Below are positions 36,735 through 48,875 of a stretch of 64,000 bases of DNA, one piece after another. Position 1 is the stretch's first letter, and every line of letters begins with the position of its first letter. A model generated the notes under the pieces. The model was not told where the DNA came from, did not search any database, and was given only the letters and a program-made list of their open reading frames with translations. The position numbers were made by a program, and so were the translations under genes. Source of the DNA: Geosiphon pyriformis uo1 (Eukaryota > Fungi > Glomeromycota). Location: contig JAAOMT010000512.1 in the NCBI GenBank assembly GCA_016748015.1, positions 1,436,893-1,500,892 of the forward strand, given 5' to 3'.

Positions 36735-37608
36735 TGTTACAGGATGGTTTTTTTGTTATATTTAATTGCTGATATCCCGTTTTAATTACAATCAGTCTTT
36801 TGTGAGTTTCTCAATTCTATTTGTGTAATAATATTACTGTTATACTGAAGGCTTTCTTTTTAATATTGCGATGTAAGTTATTCTTCAATTTCTGATTGTT
36901 GTGTGTGTTTATGTACTCCTTCTCAGAGGCTGAACTGAAATCTACCCACTGTTTGGGGTCTTCTCTGAGGCTATTCTTGCAATTGCCTAATGTGTTTCTC
37001 TAATCTAGAAACACAGAATGTTAATGGTCTTTAGCGTTTTTTCTAATTCTTACAATAAAGCTTTTATCAATTAGTAACAATGTGAATAATCTTAATCAAG
37101 GATTATTCTTCCAAGAGATTCAGTTGATGAATGATAGTTTCATTCAATAAATAATACAAGTAAGTTTCTTAATACTTTGGATTGTAATAATTCAGTTTTA
37201 AATATTCTTTTTCATTTCTTTTTGATTTAAAGATTTCTTGGGATATTTAATTTGAAAGTATGATTTAAAGTGGAGTTTGTTGGATAAAATTGGATCTATT
37301 GCTTAATAAATTATGATTTTTATTATTTGCTTGTTTTTTCCCAATATTAAAGCTACTGTATATATACATGTTTGTAGTTCTACAAGAAAACACATTGTAA
37401 TACTTTCTTTTTGATATTTCAACCTGGTGTTTGCTGCTATCACCAGTTGGTGTTGGCTGCTATTGTGAACTGGTGCTTGCCACTATCACAAGATGGTGTT
37501 TGCTACTATGTTAATTATTACCTTTCTAAAATTATTACTGCACTATATTATGATTGAATAGTTTATATTATTTTTATGATTCTTTTGCTAAATTCTTAAA
37601 CTGTAACA
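36735..37608 (-). repeat. 5' LTR of element C
   Basis: TGTTACAGG...CTGTAACA, next to the PBS at about 36715-36732. Confidence 0.96.
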
Positions 37609-39017
37609 CCATACAGGTGTTCTTGTTTTTTAACCTCATATAACAAAGAATTATAAAAAATTCTCCAGAGAAAAGGAGAAAATATTTCATTCTGATCCAA
37701 TCTATTATGAACTATATAGTCATCTAAAAGACCAAAGTTTGTCATTATTTTATTTACTCTGTTTTTATGAATATTTCCAAAAAAATTTATGAACTTGCCA
37801 CACATCTTGATGCATTCCAAACTGAATCTTAGATAATACTACCTAATTGAATTATGCTTTGTACATGTCTTGTAAAACCAGCCAGATTTCTTAACTCTTT
37901 TTTAAGACATTTTCTACCACCAAGCCAACAGCAAACACAGAAGACTGAGTTGAGGTGCCCCTTAAAACAGAGAAGTTATCACCATAGAGAATGTTAGACT
38001 TGTTGCAAATAGACAAAATCTAATCAAACAAAATTTTGAACAGAATTTTTTTTATAGTTTCTAATAAAGCAATAAGTCTGATATTAGTTAGGATGCCATT
38101 TCAATTATAAAGTTTGGGAATTATAGAAACCCAAGTCTTCTTTTAAAGACTAGAAACATCACCAATTAACAAATATGAATTAAGCAAACTCAGAAAACAA
38201 ACCAATATATCATTATCACAGTGTTTCTACAATTCATTCATTATATCAGAAAAACCAGCTGCTTTGCCATCTGATAACTTACTAACCACCAACAAAAACT
38301 CATCCAAATTAACTTTACTTATTACACTTGAGAAAGCATCATTATTCACATGAACCAAAAGGGCATATTGTCGAGTCCACAAACCTGACACAAAAGAAAA
38401 AACTTCCCATTTATGAATCCAACCCACCATAATCTTATTCACCTTAGACTTAACCTTCTTAGGCTCCAAAATCAGCTTATCATTAACTACTAAATGATCC
38501 AGAGCAACTTTGCAAAATGGATGTTCTAATACATTTCTGATCATACTACCTTTATTTGAGATGAAGCTCTCCATTCATTTATTAATAGCATCCTTAATGA
38601 ATTTACTCTTGGCAAGCTTAACTTCATAAAACTTGGATTTCTGATAACCCTTCTTGACTTTTGACAAATGTCCACATAAATCAGCTGACTTAAAACTACT
38701 TTGAAGTAAAACAATTATCTTAGAAGTCTTAGTACTATTAAGAGTCATCTAAATTCGAACAAAATAATCAAACTCAGTTATTATACCTGAACTCAAACAC
38801 TTTGGCAACTTAGCAACCAATAACTTCAACTTGAAAAATTTTGAAGATTGCTTGTTTTTTGAGCAATCAAACTCACAGAACTAATGCTTAGAAAATGTCT
38901 TATCAACTAAATCACCATATAGCACTTTTTAATATCTCCTATATTCTGTTCAAATCTCTATTATTCTTCATGACCATGAAAAAATTCAGAAATATAAACA
39001 ACAGAACAGAAAAACAT

Positions 39018-39817
39018 TGTTACAGATAATTATTTAGGGTCTTAAAGCAAATAACAAACTCATAACTTGGTGCTCAATTAATAATATGATGTTGATATCT
39101 GAAGGTTTTGGATTGAGTTCTTTGTATAATAGACAGAGATTTAGTGGTGATTTTAATAGTTTTCTGGAATTGCAATTCTGCCCAATTTTTTTTTCAGCTT
39201 GGTGGCTGGATTTATTCTGACAGTTGTGCCCTTCTGATAAGCTATCTGTTAATATATATGTAATTCTATCCTTATTTCTGAGTCTTTACCAGGCTATCCT
39301 TGATGTCAATAATTCAGTACTTTATTCTTTAATTAATTAGTCACAACAAGAAATAACAAAACAAAAGAAAAAAAAATAAAAGAAAATAAAGAAATAAGCC
39401 AAGACAATAAATGTTAGTATCTCATCAATAGTTATAATCAAGAGCTATTGTTTCAGTGTGGTTAAGTGTCAATTACTATCAACATGAAGTATTGATAGTG
39501 GGAAGTAGATTTGAAATATTGAATAATTATTTATTGATATTTGTGATGTGGAAGGTTGTTTAGATTAAATCTAAACTCAAAGATCTGTCTTTTCTGTTTC
39601 TAATGCTACTGTTATATATATACCTAATTTATGTTCTATGAGATTGCTCACATTTTTGAGCAATGTGTTATGATTTCTTGAGCAATACTTATATTGCTAA
39701 GCAATGTGCTCTAATTTTCTAACATCACTCCATATTGCTGAGTAATGTGCTCACATATTAACTACTACTCCCTTATTGGTCTACTATTTTCTATATCTGT
39801 TTTCTTTATGAATAACA
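39018..39817 (-). repeat. 3' LTR of element D
   Basis: Direct repeat of 48076-48875. Confidence 0.95.
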
Positions 39818-39830
39818 TTATCTCTTTTTT

Positions 39831-40497
39831 TTAATATTGAGCTCTGTCAAAATCCTTATTTTGAATTATGTCAAATACTTCTTTTTCAAATAGTGTCTGT
39901 TCCATTTTACTCTTTATTTCTTCAATTTGTGAGTTGTTTATTCTTCTCCATTGGTTGATAGTTATTGTTTTTATGTTAAAATGTAACAATATTTTTGGGT
40001 CCAAACACTTCTGTCAATGTAATCTCTTGGGAGTTTTAAAATATAGTGTGTAGTTAATAAATGGTTCTGATGTGTAATGTTAAGTTTGTTTTCTTTTCAA
40101 TAATGTCTTCAATATTCCAGATTATCTCTTGATTGAAGATTCTTTTTGATTTGTCAAAATATAACTTCTAAATATCTACTTTTTATTCCAATTGATAGTA
40201 GCAGTATGATATTAGAATTTGGTCTATCCATTGGTTTCAATTTTTTTTCATCAGTTTTTCTGTTGGAACAATGATGGTTATCTTTCCAAAAGTGTTCTTT
40301 ACTTTCTCTACTATTTTATCTGACCAGTTTATTGATTGTTTTTGTGATCGCTGGTATGGTGTACTTTTCCTTTTTTGTTTGGTGTTTTGATAACAGATTG
40401 TTTGGTTGTTAATGATAATTTCTATGTTTACTTGCTGTTGACTTAAAGCCTGAAACAATTGTTAAGCTAAAGTGTAAATATGGTCTGGTATTTCCAT
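39831..40497 (-). pseudogene. ORF3 of element D
   Basis: MEIPDHIYTLA...LFQALSQQQVNIEIIINNQTICY...DFDRAQY-stop. Confidence 0.8.
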
Positions 40498-40552
40498 TTT
40501 TCTTTGTTGCTTTTGTCACATATGTCATGTTTTTATATACTTTTTTGGTTGT

Positions 40553-41934
40553 TCAATTTGACATGTTTGGTTCAATAACTATGATTGGTTCCAGATCTTG
40601 TGGAATCTCATCTGGTTAAACTAGTATTCTCTGTGCTCCCAGTTGTGAAATATTATTGGTAGATGCTAATATTATGTTTTAATATAGTTTTAGTCGATTT
40701 CTATGTGCTGCTTTGGTTAAAATTTTGTTGTTCAACCTTAATTTATAAGCTTCATTTTCTAGAATTTTTTTTATGTAAAATGGTCTGTCCCATTTGGGGT
40801 CAAATTTTCCACTCTATTGTTTTTCTGCTTTGATACAATGTAAAAGTATTTTGTTTTCAATCTTGAATTTGACTGGTTTATTTGGTAATTGGTTATTATA
40901 TCTTTCTTTTTGTTTTTCTTATGATTTTTGGATATTATTAGCTGCTTTTTGCCATTTGTTCTCTAGTGTCTCCATTAAGTCATATGTTCTTTTTAACAAT
41001 GTTTTTTGAAATTCTCTTCTGTTATTGGTTTTGTTGAATATGTTTTGACTTCTATCTCAACTGGTAATATTGTTGTTCTACCATATACTAATTCAAATGG
41101 TGTTGTTTATGTAATGTTTTGTTTTATTGTTCAATAAGCAAATAATACTGATGGTATAAACAAATCCTATTTGTCCTGGTTTTTTTGGCTGATTTTGGTG
41201 GTTGCTTCACACAATGTTCTGTTAAATCTTTTAACTAATCCATTTGTTTGTGGATAGTATGGTGATGATAATGGTCTTTTTATCTCAAATTTTTGACTTA
41301 ATTTTACCAATGTTCTATTTACAAAGTGAGTTTCTTAATCTAATAATAGTTCTTTTAAACATCCATGTTGGCAGATTAAATCTTGATAAATGAATTCAGC
41401 AATGGATTCTGCATCTGCTCTTTGAATGGTTTTTGTTTCTGGCCATTTTGTGAGATAGTTCATGGCTACTGCAATATATCTGTTGTTTCTGCTGGTTATT
41501 GTTAATAATCTGACTAAGTCAATTCCAATGTAATTAAATGGTTGTCCCACTTTGATTAGTCTTAATGGTTTGCTAGGTTTTGTTTCTCCTTTTTTCTAAT
41601 AAGCATTATAATTTTGAACATATTAGATGATATCTGGATATATTGATGGCCAATAGTATTTTTTTCTAATTCTTTCCATGGTTGCTTCTTTGTAAAAATG
41701 TCTTGCTATTGGATCTGAGTACATGTTGAATAATATTGTCTCTTTTTCTGGTTCTGTAATTACTCTAGTTAGTTGATCTGGATTTCTTTTGTTCTTCTAG
41801 TAAAGTATATTTTGATAGTTAATAAAATATTTTGATTGTTGTTTTATGTTGTTTTGTTCTTTTTGAGATAATTTTTCCTTGAACAATTGGGTATTTATAT
41901 AATGTTAGAATTGTTGATATTTTTGTATATTCAT
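40553..41934 (-). pseudogene. pol: Integrase of element D
   Basis: ATG at 41934 (MNIQKYQQ); GIDLVRLL, YLTKWPET, PYYPQTNGLV. Confidence 0.88.
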
Positions 41935-41959
41935 CTTTTGTTATATTTTTGGATTTGAA

Positions 41960-43380
41960 ATGTTTTTGGATTTGTTTTATTTGTGACAAACTGTTGGCAT
42001 TTTCATTTTTTTTTCTTTTTTTGTAATGCACTGTATAATTAAATGGTGAAAGTTTTATTTTCCATCTGACATGACAATTGTCTCCAAATTCTTGCTTCTG
42101 GATCAAAGTCAATTCTTTATAATCAGTGTATATATTGAACTTTTGATTTAAGTATTCTTTCTATTTGATAACAGTTCAATAGATAGTTAAGTATTCCAAT
42201 GCTGGTGTTCCATAGTTCTTTTCAGTGGAATTTAAGCTGTGGCTAGCATATGCTATTGGATGTTCTCTTTCATTCAGTTCTTTCTGAGATAGCACAGCTT
42301 CTAATACTTAACTAGATATATCAGTGGTAATTATAAATGGCTTGCAATGATCTGAATAGATTAGTATCAGGGCTTGAATAAGCTTTCTTCTTAATATATC
42401 AAAAGCTTCTTGCTGAGTTTCTGTCCATTTATATTTGGTGTTCTTTGTTTGGAGCTGGTATAATGGCTGAGCCAGTTTGGAAAAGTCTTTGATGAAACAG
42501 CAGTAATATTTAGCAAATCCCAAAAATGCTTTTAATTCCATATGATTGTTTGGTATTGGAAAGTTTTTAATTATCTCAATTTTGTCTGGATCTATTTTAA
42601 TGCAATCTTTGCTTATAACATGTTCCAAAAATTTCAATTTTGTTTTGCCAAAGAAGTATTTAGTAGCATTTAACTTCAATCTAGCTTTTCTTAGTTTTTC
42701 AAATACTTGTTATAAATGGTGCAAATGATCATCAAATGTTTTAGAAAATACGTTGGTGTTATCTAGATACACAACTACTGATTTTTATAGCAGTTCAGTA
42801 TAGACAATTTTTATAAGCTGTTGAAATATAACTGGAGTATTCATTAAGCTAAATGATATAACTTCAAATTCGAAATTTTTTTCTTGAGTTGTAAAAGCTG
42901 TTTTCTCTTTGTCTTCTGAGTTCATGGCTACTTGTCAGTAACTACTGTCTAAATCTAAAGTTGAAAATTATTTCTTTTCTCCAAAAGTGTCAAACAGCTC
43001 TTGAATCTTTAGTGTTGGGTAGCTATCTTCTTTGGTTACTCTATTTAGTTTTTAGTAATCCACACAAAAGTAGATTTTTCCATTTTTCTTATGGACTAGT
43101 ACTACTGGTGATAACCATGGGCTTATTGATGGCTGAATTAGCCCATTGTTAAGCATCTAATTGATTTCTTGACAAATGATCTCATGGCTGGCTGGTGGTA
43201 CTTAATATGCTTTTTGTTTAATTAGTATTGTATCTTCAGTTTTGATTTGGTGCTGGATTATGTCAGTTCTGCCAAATTCATTTTTACTGGCAAAGATGTC
43301 ATTGAAGTTGTTAAGTAACATCTTGAGTTGCATCTATTAAAATGAGTTTAGATTTCCTAAGTTCATCTGTTTTAATTGTT
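41960..43380 (-). pseudogene. pol: RT and RNase H of element D
   Basis: VVYLDN, FLGFAKYY, FIITTDISS. Confidence 0.88.
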
Positions 43381-43789
43381 TTGGTTAGAGCAGATAACAT
43401 TCTTCTTGTCCATAAATTGTTTGTGATGTAATATCCACATATTCACACAGTTGTAGAAAGTCTGGAATGGTGTTTGGCAGTTGGTTTTTAATTTTAGTGG
43501 TTAAATATCCAATGGTAGTTCTTTTTAATATCTTAATAGTATTTTCTGTGTTGTTGTAAATGAGAATTTTTATGTGACTGTGGTTTTTGGCTGGTATGTA
43601 TAGATTGACTAATCCAATCTTTCTTGATTTACAAAGTATTGTTTCTGCCTCAAAAATCTGAACCTGATCCTTTACTTTTCTTTTTATAACTACCATGTAC
43701 TGATTATATGGTGGAATAGAAATTGATTAACAAGTGAAGATAATTTCTCTTTTGTTAACAACTTTTTTCTCTGCCATATTAACTGGTAC

Positions 43790-44230
43790 ATCTATTCTAC
43801 CCGTAAATCTGAAACTCTGTATCTCTCTAGCTATAATTCTTAATTTTTTTCTGTTTTTTACTAATACTAACTGAGCTATTTTCACTAGAGATAAAAATAT
43901 TGTCTGTGCTATTTTTTTATTTGGCTCTATAATATAGGCCTTTTCTGAGTCATTTTGTAGCATTGTAATAATATTTCCCATATATCTTGCATCAATTATT
44001 TCTTCTCTGATGTTGATTTCTTTTTTTGCTAAACTATTCCTGGATGCTAGTTAAACTATTGTTGTTGCCAGGATTTCTAGTGCTACTTTGAAATCAATGC
44101 AGATACACAAATATGGTTTCAATTTGATGGCATTTTTTCTTGGATATCTTAGATCAAATCCTACATCAGTATCATGCATATGTTCTGGCATAATGTCTTC
44201 ATTATTATCACTGAACTATTTCAATTTCTG
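43790..44230 (-). pseudogene. dut: dUTPase domain of element D, decayed
   Basis: DTDVGFDLRYP, LASRNSLAKK, IIDARYMG, KIAQTI, REIQSFRFTG. Confidence 0.85.
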
Positions 44231-45329
44231 TTTCTTGGTAAGATCAAAGAGTGTAATATATTGTTTGGAGTTTGAATTGGAGTTCGAATTATTGTTATTT
44301 TCATTGTCATTTTGAATAGAGCTGGAACTATTGTTTTTGTTATCACTGTTGTTAAAGTTTGAAATGGAATTAAAAATTGATTTTAATTCTAATATGCAGC
44401 TGCTGATTGGTTTTTCTTCTTTTGGGATTGTGTAGATTATACATGGTGGTTGATTGTAAATAAAATTACACTCATTACAGTATTGAAAGTTACATAGAAT
44501 CAAATAGTGGTCACATAATTAGGTATTTATTTCTTCCAAGCATTGCTTTTGCTCTTCTCTGGTGAATGTTAAATTTTGATAGTGCTTGTGAAACTTTTTT
44601 GGGCCTGTTTCTATGTCAAAAAAAGCATCAGAGTTTGGAATGAAAACAGTGTCAACTGGTTTTAGAGGATTATTTTTGATTTCCAATATTTTGCTGGACA
44701 TGGTGCTTTCAACTTTGGCATTTGTCATTTGCCAGATTTCATCTTTGTCATGTGGGTAACCATTCAAACAAGTTATTGCTTAGTGCCAGACTGCAATAAT
44801 AGAAGTGCCATGACTGATCCAGTTGCTTATAAGGATTGTGTATTGGCACGAAGTATTGCATGTTCCTCTTTGACAAAGAATGTTGTTCCACATTCCTTTG
44901 TCCAGCAACTGTTCTCCACAAATAAGACATGGTTTGTTGTTCTACTTGCTCTATTATTTTGGATAGCCATACTATTCTCTGTGGCATAACTTGCAGTAAT
45001 AGTGGGTTCGCATTCAGTAATCTTTATTGGATGCAATTCAAGCTCCCATGGAAGAAAGTTTCTTGCCACAATCTTGGTATTTGAGTGGGATATATGGTGA
45101 TTGCTTCAGTGGCTCATATGAGTAGAATTTTTTCCAGCCACTAGTTATTTCTTCAGTGGTGGTGTCTTCTTCTACTGTATCCTCTTTCTTTCTTTTCCCT
45201 TTGTTGTCCTAGAAAAGTATTAGTAGTAACTTGTTGTGCTTAGTGTTGGTTCAGAAAACTTGGTAGGCTTTTCAGATAGGTTTTTTTTCTTCTTTTTCCA
45301 ATTTGATGAGTGGCTTGTTATTAGTAGTG

Positions 45330-48013
45330 GTCTTAAAATGACTACAAGTGGCTAGCACACATGTGTGGTAGCTGTTTTGACTGAGCTGCAGTTTTTGGGT
45401 GTTCCAGTCAAGCACTGCATTAGTTTTGAACAGCCAGTTATTTCCAACAAAAGCTTGATACTAAGTGGTTTCCATTACCAATACCCTAATTGGTATTATA
45501 ATACTGTTGACTTCAAATAGGAAGTTATCTATTTCACCAATTGGAGTTTTTGTTGTCCTATTGGCTATAATTATTTGTGCACTGACAGCACAATTAACTT
45601 GGTAACCTAATTGGTTTATGAGTTGTTATGTGATGATGCTGTCAGCTGATCCACTGTCTAAGATCAGTTTAATGTGCTGCCCATCAACTTTAATATCTCT
45701 ATATATTGCAGTGATGGATTTTGATTCTAGAGTGACTCTACTAAATAGTGGCATTTCAACTGGTTCCTCGAGTTCAAAAAAAAAAATAGCAGTAAGTAAT
45801 TTGTCCTTAGTAATGGTTGCTGGCAGTATATTGTTAGTAAGTGGCTGCTTTTGTTTGATTTCTAAATTGTGAGATGTAGTGTCTTCTAGAGTTACCAGGA
45901 GACTTAAATAATTCTGGGAACTCAGGTTTTGAGTGTATCCGGTTCCTGAACTCCACTGGTGTAATCTCAATGACTGGTTTGAGGAGCTGAACATTAGTTG
46001 GTAGACAACTATTGCTGATCTTCAGTTTTGGATAATCTTTGATCTGAGATTTTCTGATGTTATTTGAGCTGAGTTTGATGGCAATGTTGGAATTTGTTGG
46101 AATTGATAGATTACTTAAGACTGTGGCTGATAAATAGGTTGTGTCTGTGGTTGATAAACTATGGCTGCTGGAGACTGATAAATTAATGGTTGATAAATTG
46201 GCTGCTATATTATGAGTAAGTAATTTGGTTGATATGGTGCTGGATTGGGTTAATAACTCGGAGTTTGAAACCAGTAATCAGGGTTTTAATATTGATTTCC
46301 TGATCATTGGTTATTTAATTGATGACAGCAGTCAATTTGTAGATGTCCTTGTTTACCACAATAGTGGTAAACACATGTTTTCTGTTGCTACTATTAATTG
46401 GTCAATGATGATAAATGTGATAGATTTTGGAAACAATTGGAGTTTTCCTGATTAGTGCATTATTGGGAAGGTTAATAAATTGTCTGATTATTGTTAGTTA
46501 AGTATCCCTCTAATTTTTGATTGATCAAGTCATTAAATTGTTTCAATTTGGAATTTAAGTCAGATAATTTGTTCATTACTAAATTTACAGCTTAGATATG
46601 ATTGGCTTTTAATTTAGCTGCTTTAAAATCTCTGACATAGGTAACTGCAGTTTGAAAATCTGCTGAATATAATAGACATACACATTGAAGAATGCTACTG
46701 TGTAGGCCTTTAATGAATTGATTTAGAATTTGTGATACTATGAAATAATCAGCTTGGATTGTCTGAATTTGGCACAGATTCCTATGGAAGTGTCCTAGGT
46801 AGGTAATAACTGCTTTATTTTCTCTTTGTTTGATGGTAATGAAGGTATTTGCTAGACGATTAATACTATTATTATTGCTGAAATATTGTAGGAATGCAAG
46901 CTTAAATGTATTGAAGTCTTAAAATTTGTTGGCCAAACTTTAATATTATAAGTTGGTGGTATTCTGAAAAAAGTATAAGATGGCTTGCATGGCTCTAGTG
47001 TCATTCTATTTGTTGGTTGTGATGGCTTTTTCTATATTGTTCAGCCACATTTGGGCATCATTTTCCTCATCTGTGAATTTTTCAAGTTTTGCTATTGGGG
47101 TGTAGGCCATTGGATCCAAGTTTGGTTGTTGTAGTTTTTAAAAAAATAATTACTGAGGTGGTATTGGTGGCTGTTGAAGTTGTTCAGCAATTGGATCAAT
47201 TGGTTGCTGATTGATGACAATTTCTGGGGATAAGTTTTGCTGATTAATTAACTCAGAGTTTGGATTGTTTAAAGTTTGCTGGGTTTGAATATTTGGAGTT
47301 TCAACTTCCAGATTTTCTGCAATTGGATTTTGATAATTAAATTCTTGATCTTTTTTTTCTAATGCTGTTATTTTCCAAGGACTTGCAGTTCCAAAATCTG
47401 GTGGAGATGGTAGTAATTGGAATTCTAATGGTATTAGAGATTGTAATTTGAATTTTTTAAAGTAATTACTATATGTTCTCAATAACTCTGCTTTCTTTTG
47501 TTTACTTTGAAATGGAAGTTGTCCAAATATTAATGTTATGTTTGATGTGAATGCATCTGCTGATGTGATATTGATGGTACTTCTGGATGTGTAATAGTAA
47601 AATAAATATAATGGAGATTTGATTCTTTGTTTTTTCTATGTGGGTAATTGTATTTCTTTTGGAGTTGCTACTGGTGTTTGTAACTTTCCTTTACCTTTAT
47701 TTGCATAGGTAATAGAAAATTGTTGTTGAGTGTATCTTTTAATTTCTTAATTAATTTCTCTAATGATTGGTGCGAAACTTTAATTTCGTGGTAAGTTAGT
47801 GTATTGAATTAATTTTGTATAGAAATTTTCTCTTGCTAACTTAATGTTAACTGGTCTTCTCAGAAAATCTGTGATTTTTTTGTTGACATAGAAATTGAAG
47901 ACTGATTCCCCCAGATAATAGTTGTTGGTTAAGCTCAATTGTTGGCTGTACTGTTGAAATAAGGATTTAGTGAATCTTAAATGGTTTGTCCCTATTATTT
48001 TTGATTCTGCCAC
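45330..48013 (-). pseudogene. gag: Gag and protease of element D
   Basis: LILDSGSADSII; capsid start MAYTPIAKLEKF at 47110; N-terminal domain in track ORF 47780-48013. Confidence 0.87.
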
Positions 48014-48075
48014 TTTTAAATGACTGTTGTTGGTACTGATTCTCTATAGAATTATACCTTACAAGGAGCACCAAA

Positions 48076-48875
48076 TGTTACAGATAATTATTTGGAGTCT
48101 CAAAGCAAATAACAAACCTATAACTTAGTACTCAATTGATAATATGATGTTAATATCTGAAGATTTTGGGTTGAGTTTTTTGTATAATGGACAAAAATTT
48201 AGTGGTGATTGTAATAGTTTTCTAAAATCACAATTCTGCCCAATTTTTTTTTCAACTTAGTAGCCAGATTTATTTTAGCAGTCATGCCCTTCTAATAAGC
48301 TATCTGTTAATATATATGTAATTCTACCCTTATTTCTGGGTCTTTTACCAGGCTATTCTTAATGTTAATAATTTAGCACTTTACTCTTTAATCAATTAGT
48401 CACAACAAGAAATAACAAAACAAAAGAAAAAAAAATAAAAAAAAATAAAGAAATAAGCCAAGGCAATGAATGTTAGTATCTCATCAATAGCTATGATCAA
48501 AAGCTATTGTTCTAGTGTGATTAAGTATTAATTACTATCAACATGAAGTGTTAATAGTGAGAAGTAAATTTGAGATATTGAATAATTATTTATTGATATT
48601 TGTGATGTAAAAGATTGCTTAGATTAAATCTAAACTCAGAAGTCTGTTTTTTCTGTTTCTAATACTACTGCTATATATATACTTAATTTATGTTCTACAA
48701 GATTGCTCACATTCTTGAGCAATGTGCTATGATTTCTTGAGCAATACTCATATTGCTGAGCAATATGTCATCATTTTTGATATTGCTCCATATTACTAAG
48801 TAATATGCTCACATGCTAATTACTACTCCCTTATTGATCTACTATTTTCTATATCTGTTTTCTTTATAAGTAACA
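48076..48875 (-). repeat. 5' LTR of element D
   Basis: TGTTACAGAT...AAGTAACA. Confidence 0.95.

Larger units (their letters stand above)
26895..37608 (-). mobile_element. Full-length degenerate Ty3/Gypsy element C (family 3) carrying a dUTPase
   Basis: Two 874-bp LTRs, perfect 4-bp TSD CCAT (26891-26894 / 37609-37612), PBS TGGTGAACCCTATGAG, PPT AAAAGAGAGGA. Confidence 0.97.
39018..48875 (-). mobile_element. Full-length degenerate Ty3/Gypsy element D (family 1) carrying a dUTPase
   Basis: LTRs 39018-39817 and 48076-48875 (800 bp each), PBS TGGTGCTCCTTGTAAG, PPT AAAAAAAAGAGA; flanks ACAT / AAGT form an imperfect TSD. Confidence 0.95.
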
